This document shows positions 61,078-64,000 of a stretch of 64,000 nucleotides of DNA, piece after piece. Below the pieces are notes generated by a model. It worked only from the letters and a program-made list of their open reading frames with translations. It ran no database searches and was not told the DNA's origin. Each line of letters begins with the position of its first letter. Within the stretch, counting starts at the first letter, position 1. The translations under genes were made by a program, and so were the position numbers. Origin of the DNA: a virus; the IMG/VR virus record IMGVR_UViG_3300045988_174698, one strand, 5' to 3'.

Positions 61078-61938
61078 ATGAATAAAGAAGACTTAACTCA
61101 GTTTATAGAGTGACTCCCAGTTAATATTAATGAGTTTAAAGATAAAACTCCTGATGAAGTAGTCACTATTCTAAATAAATTAGCCCAAACAGAAGAGGGG
61201 TTAAATGAAATATCTGGTCTTATTAGTCAATTTAAACAAAAACAGATGTTTAAATTTGGGGGTAAATTAGGGCAACTTATTAATAAATTTCAACAAGGAG
61301 GAAAATCTGATCAGAGAAAATCTGATAAAGTAAGAAAAAATTTTCATGGAGTTAGTTTATTTGAATATGGTCCTAATAAATATAAAACTGCAAGAGGCAC
61401 TTTAGTTAGAGATTTAAAACCAGGAGTTCATCAAGAAACTCTTCCTAATGGTATAGGTCTAAGACAGATTACTAGAAATAATACTACAACATCAGAATTA
61501 GTATCTCCAGATAAAAGGGATACATTATATATTAATAATGCAGATGCTGGAAGAATTGACAGTAATATTAATGATGCTGGTATATTAGGTAAATTAGGAT
61601 TACGGACACCAACCCCTGTAAGTTCTAATTTTAGAAGATTACAAGGTATTTTTAATGCCAAAAAATTTAATACAGGAGGAGAGGTAACTAAAGATGGATA
61701 CAAGTCTAGTTCTGTAACAAATCCTGATGGTTCTATAAAACAAACTTTAAGATATCCTTCTGGGAAAGAAGAATATAGAACTATAAGTAGAGACAAACAA
61801 GATACTATATATACTAATAGTGTCAATGGTATTACTAGAAGAAATAATCCTAAATGATACCACTTTGTTGACAAAGAAGCTAATAAAAAAGGCTATGCAG
61901 AAAGACAAAGACGATTTAATGAACATTACAAAGAATAA
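61078..61938 (+). CDS. hypothetical virion/late protein
   Basis: 287 codons with two TGAs; includes track ORF 61246..61857 (frame 1). Ends at a TAA at 61936-61938. Confidence 0.35.
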
Positions 61939-62522
61939 TGACAGATATATTCCTTTATAATAATACTACAGGATCTCTTGAACTTAATGTTCATGAGATC
62001 CTACTTGTAAAGGAGTTTGAGGCATTATGAGACTTAGATAGAAATAAATGTAGTGAAGATCCTACAGGTAAAAAGAGACTACGAGCATGAAAAGAATTTA
62101 AATATATTTGATTATTTGCTGATTGGAAGAGTCCATATCAACAATATTTAGAGATGGAAAAACACAAAGCAGCTATGGAAGATTCAGGACTATCTGATGA
62201 AGAATGAAATGATCCCACTTTTAGAGCTGCCGTTAGAAAATATATTGAAATTAAAGATTCTTCTCGTATTCTAAGTCTTATAAAAACTGCCTTCAGAACT
62301 CTTGAAAAGATGAGAGTATCATTAGACAATATTGACCTTGAAGAAAGAGATCCTGTAAATAACAAACCAATCTGAAAAGCTAAAGATATTCTTGATAGTA
62401 TTGGTTCTATCGGCACTATGACTGATAAGTTAAAGGAACTAGAACTAAACTATAAGAAAGATCAAATTGAAAGTAGTTCTAAAGTTAGAGGTGGTTTGGA
62501 GCGAGGATTTATGGATGAGTAA
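61938..62522 (+). CDS. hypothetical protein; small-terminase candidate by position
   Basis: 195 codons with five TGAs (frame 0). Lies immediately upstream of the large terminase. Confidence 0.3.
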
Positions 62523-62528
62523 TGAACT

Positions 62529-64000
62529 ATGGCGAAAAAACTAAGTATTGAAGCTGAAATGAGAGCTGCTCAGAGAGATATGAAGAAGAAGTTGAGTGGT
62601 GAAGATAAGGAAGAGGTAAAGAAGGTTAAAAAGAAAGCTAAACCAGTAAAAGAACAATATAAGGAAATAAAAGAATCTCTTAAAGAAAAAGAGGCTCCTA
62701 AGGAAATTGCTTTTAAAGATAATTATGAAGAGGAATTAATTAGGGAATTATTTAAAGGTGATATTACTGTTTCCCAAGCTCTGGGTAAAGAAGATGAGCC
62801 TGAACAACCTAAAAGAGAGAAAAGTGGATTGTGGGATTATGTTCTCGAAGATGAAATAGAATTCTTTGACCCTGAATGTAGTTATGAATTGACTGGTTAT
62901 AGACCTATAGATGAAACTCATGGATTAGATTTTGATCCAGCACCTTTTTGTGAAGCGGGAAGAGTCTATACTGAAACTGGTCACTATACTGAATATCCGT
63001 CTGGATCTAAACCATATGCTGATTTCTGACAAGAACAATTAGATAGATGCATTAATGGTTATACGATTGGTAAGTATAGAATTACTGGAGATAATTATTT
63101 CTTCCTTAATTTTTATAGGATGCCTGTTGTAGACGATTCTAAAAAACTGGCGGAAGCTTCTGGAGAAGGATTTCCAAAATTTGTAGCAGAGCAATATAAA
63201 TTCTTTCATTATTTTGAAATGTGCGAACTACTTAAAAAAGACTGCGTTGCACTAAAAAGCCGAGGCATAGGCTGAAGTGAGATAGGAGCTTGTTTAGGAG
63301 TTCGTCCATTTATAACAGGAAGAAATTTTAATTCAACATATATTACTTCTTCACTAAACTATCTGGAGCCGACATTAAATAAATGTTGAGCCCAGCTTCA
63401 TTTTTTAAATGGAAACACCAACGGTGGATTTAGAAGACCTATGATGAAGATTAACAATGCTCTTCATAAAAGAACTTCTCTTACTGATAATGAAAATCGC
63501 GAATGAGGCAGATTAAATAATATAGAAGGAATTGTAGCAGATAATATTAACAAAGTCCGTGGTATTCGTTCTAATAGACTTTTCTGAGAGGAGGGAGGGT
63601 CCTTCAAAAATCTAGAGACTGCTTGAATTAAAGGAGAGGCATTAGTAACAGTTGCGGGTGCTAGAAAAGGCATTATGAGTGTCTGAGGTACAGGAGGTGA
63701 TTCAGATGCTTCTGCACTAGAGGGTCTATCTAAAATGTTTAATAGTCCAAAAGAATACAATGTACTTCCATATAAAAATAATTACTCTGAGGATGGTGAA
63801 GTTCAATATACTGGTTATTTTATACCCGCTTTTAATATTATGCTTAAAAAAGGTTTCTATGATAATAGAGGAGTTACAGATAGGAAAAAAGCAAGAGAAC
63901 ATTATGAAACTGAAAGAAAAAAGAAGTCTGGGCAAAATTTATTAGATTATTGTGCAGAATTTTGTTTCACCCCTAGTGAGGCATTATTAAAACAAGGTGA
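62529..64000 (+). CDS. terminase large subunit (ATPase domain), runs past the window end
   Basis: At least 490 codons in frame 0 with nine or more TGAs, no TAA or TAG. Walker A-like CVALKSRGIGWSEIGACLG. No other ATPase was seen in the late module. The antisense track ORFs 63464..63760 and 63726..63935 are artefacts. Confidence 0.55.

Noticed and set aside
61431-63935. Minus-strand ORFs 61431..61874, 62138..62416, 63464..63760, 63726..63935, and plus-strand 63760..63945
   Set aside because: Antisense or out-of-frame relative to long table-4 plus-strand genes (61078..61938, 61938..62522, terminase). The plus-strand frames stay open across many TGAs with no TAA or TAG.
1-64000. Fungal or protist mitochondrial genome (code 4, AT-rich, LAGLIDADG endonucleases, tRNAs, large non-coding spacers)
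   Set aside because: No respiratory-chain or rRNA genes. The content is phage-like (terminase, RNase H, helicases, lysins, tail-lysozyme, GroES-like).
1-64000. UGA read as Gly (code 25, Gracilibacteria/SR1-type) instead of Trp
   Set aside because: At TGA positions inside strongly conserved motifs (RNase H, glucosaminidase ESGWG, tail lysozyme), the canonical residue is Trp or aromatic, never Gly.
1-64000. CRISPR arrays, rRNA genes, transposases or integrases
   Set aside because: No regularly spaced identical repeats with unique spacers, no rRNA-like conserved tracts and no recombinase motifs were found. The only tandem repeats are the two initiator-associated sets at 47418-47500 and 50716-50789.

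Overview
The window is AT-rich (about 28-30% GC by eye) and looks like part of a large tailed-phage genome. The ORF track breaks genes at TGA. When TGA is read as Trp (translation table 4), the fragments fuse into full-length proteins with intact motifs, on both strands and in both early and late genes. Coordinates of merged CDSs were rebuilt by hand with TAA/TAG as the only stops; frames were recomputed for some of the merged genes and not all, so ends may be off by a few nt. No Shine-Dalgarno-like sequence was seen upstream of the starts examined; this weakly suggests a Bacteroidota-type or otherwise SD-poor host, and a recoded crAss-like phage is one possibility. Layout: 1-46.7 kb is almost all minus-strand. 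It holds replication and nucleotide genes (a Sak4-like ATPase, a split DnaB-like helicase, an SF2 helicase, RNase H, a metallophosphatase and an HD hydrolase), at least four homing-endonuclease genes, an amidoligase/ATP-grasp/glutamine-amidotransferase/GuaC-like cluster, an IspD/LicC-LicD pair, a ferritin-like protein, an SPFH protein, at least 11 tRNAs plus atypical tRNA-like elements, and several 0.5-1.3 kb tracts with no ORFs. 46.2-50.7 kb is compositionally distinct (GC 40-52%) and carries two paralogous initiator-like genes, each preceded by its own direct repeats. 51.7-64 kb is a plus-strand late module (giant peptidoglycan hydrolase, tail-fibre-like protein, a minus-strand M15 lysin cassette, a PD-(D/E)XK nuclease, a GroES-like protein and a probable terminase that runs off the window). 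No CRISPR array, rRNA or transposase was recognised.
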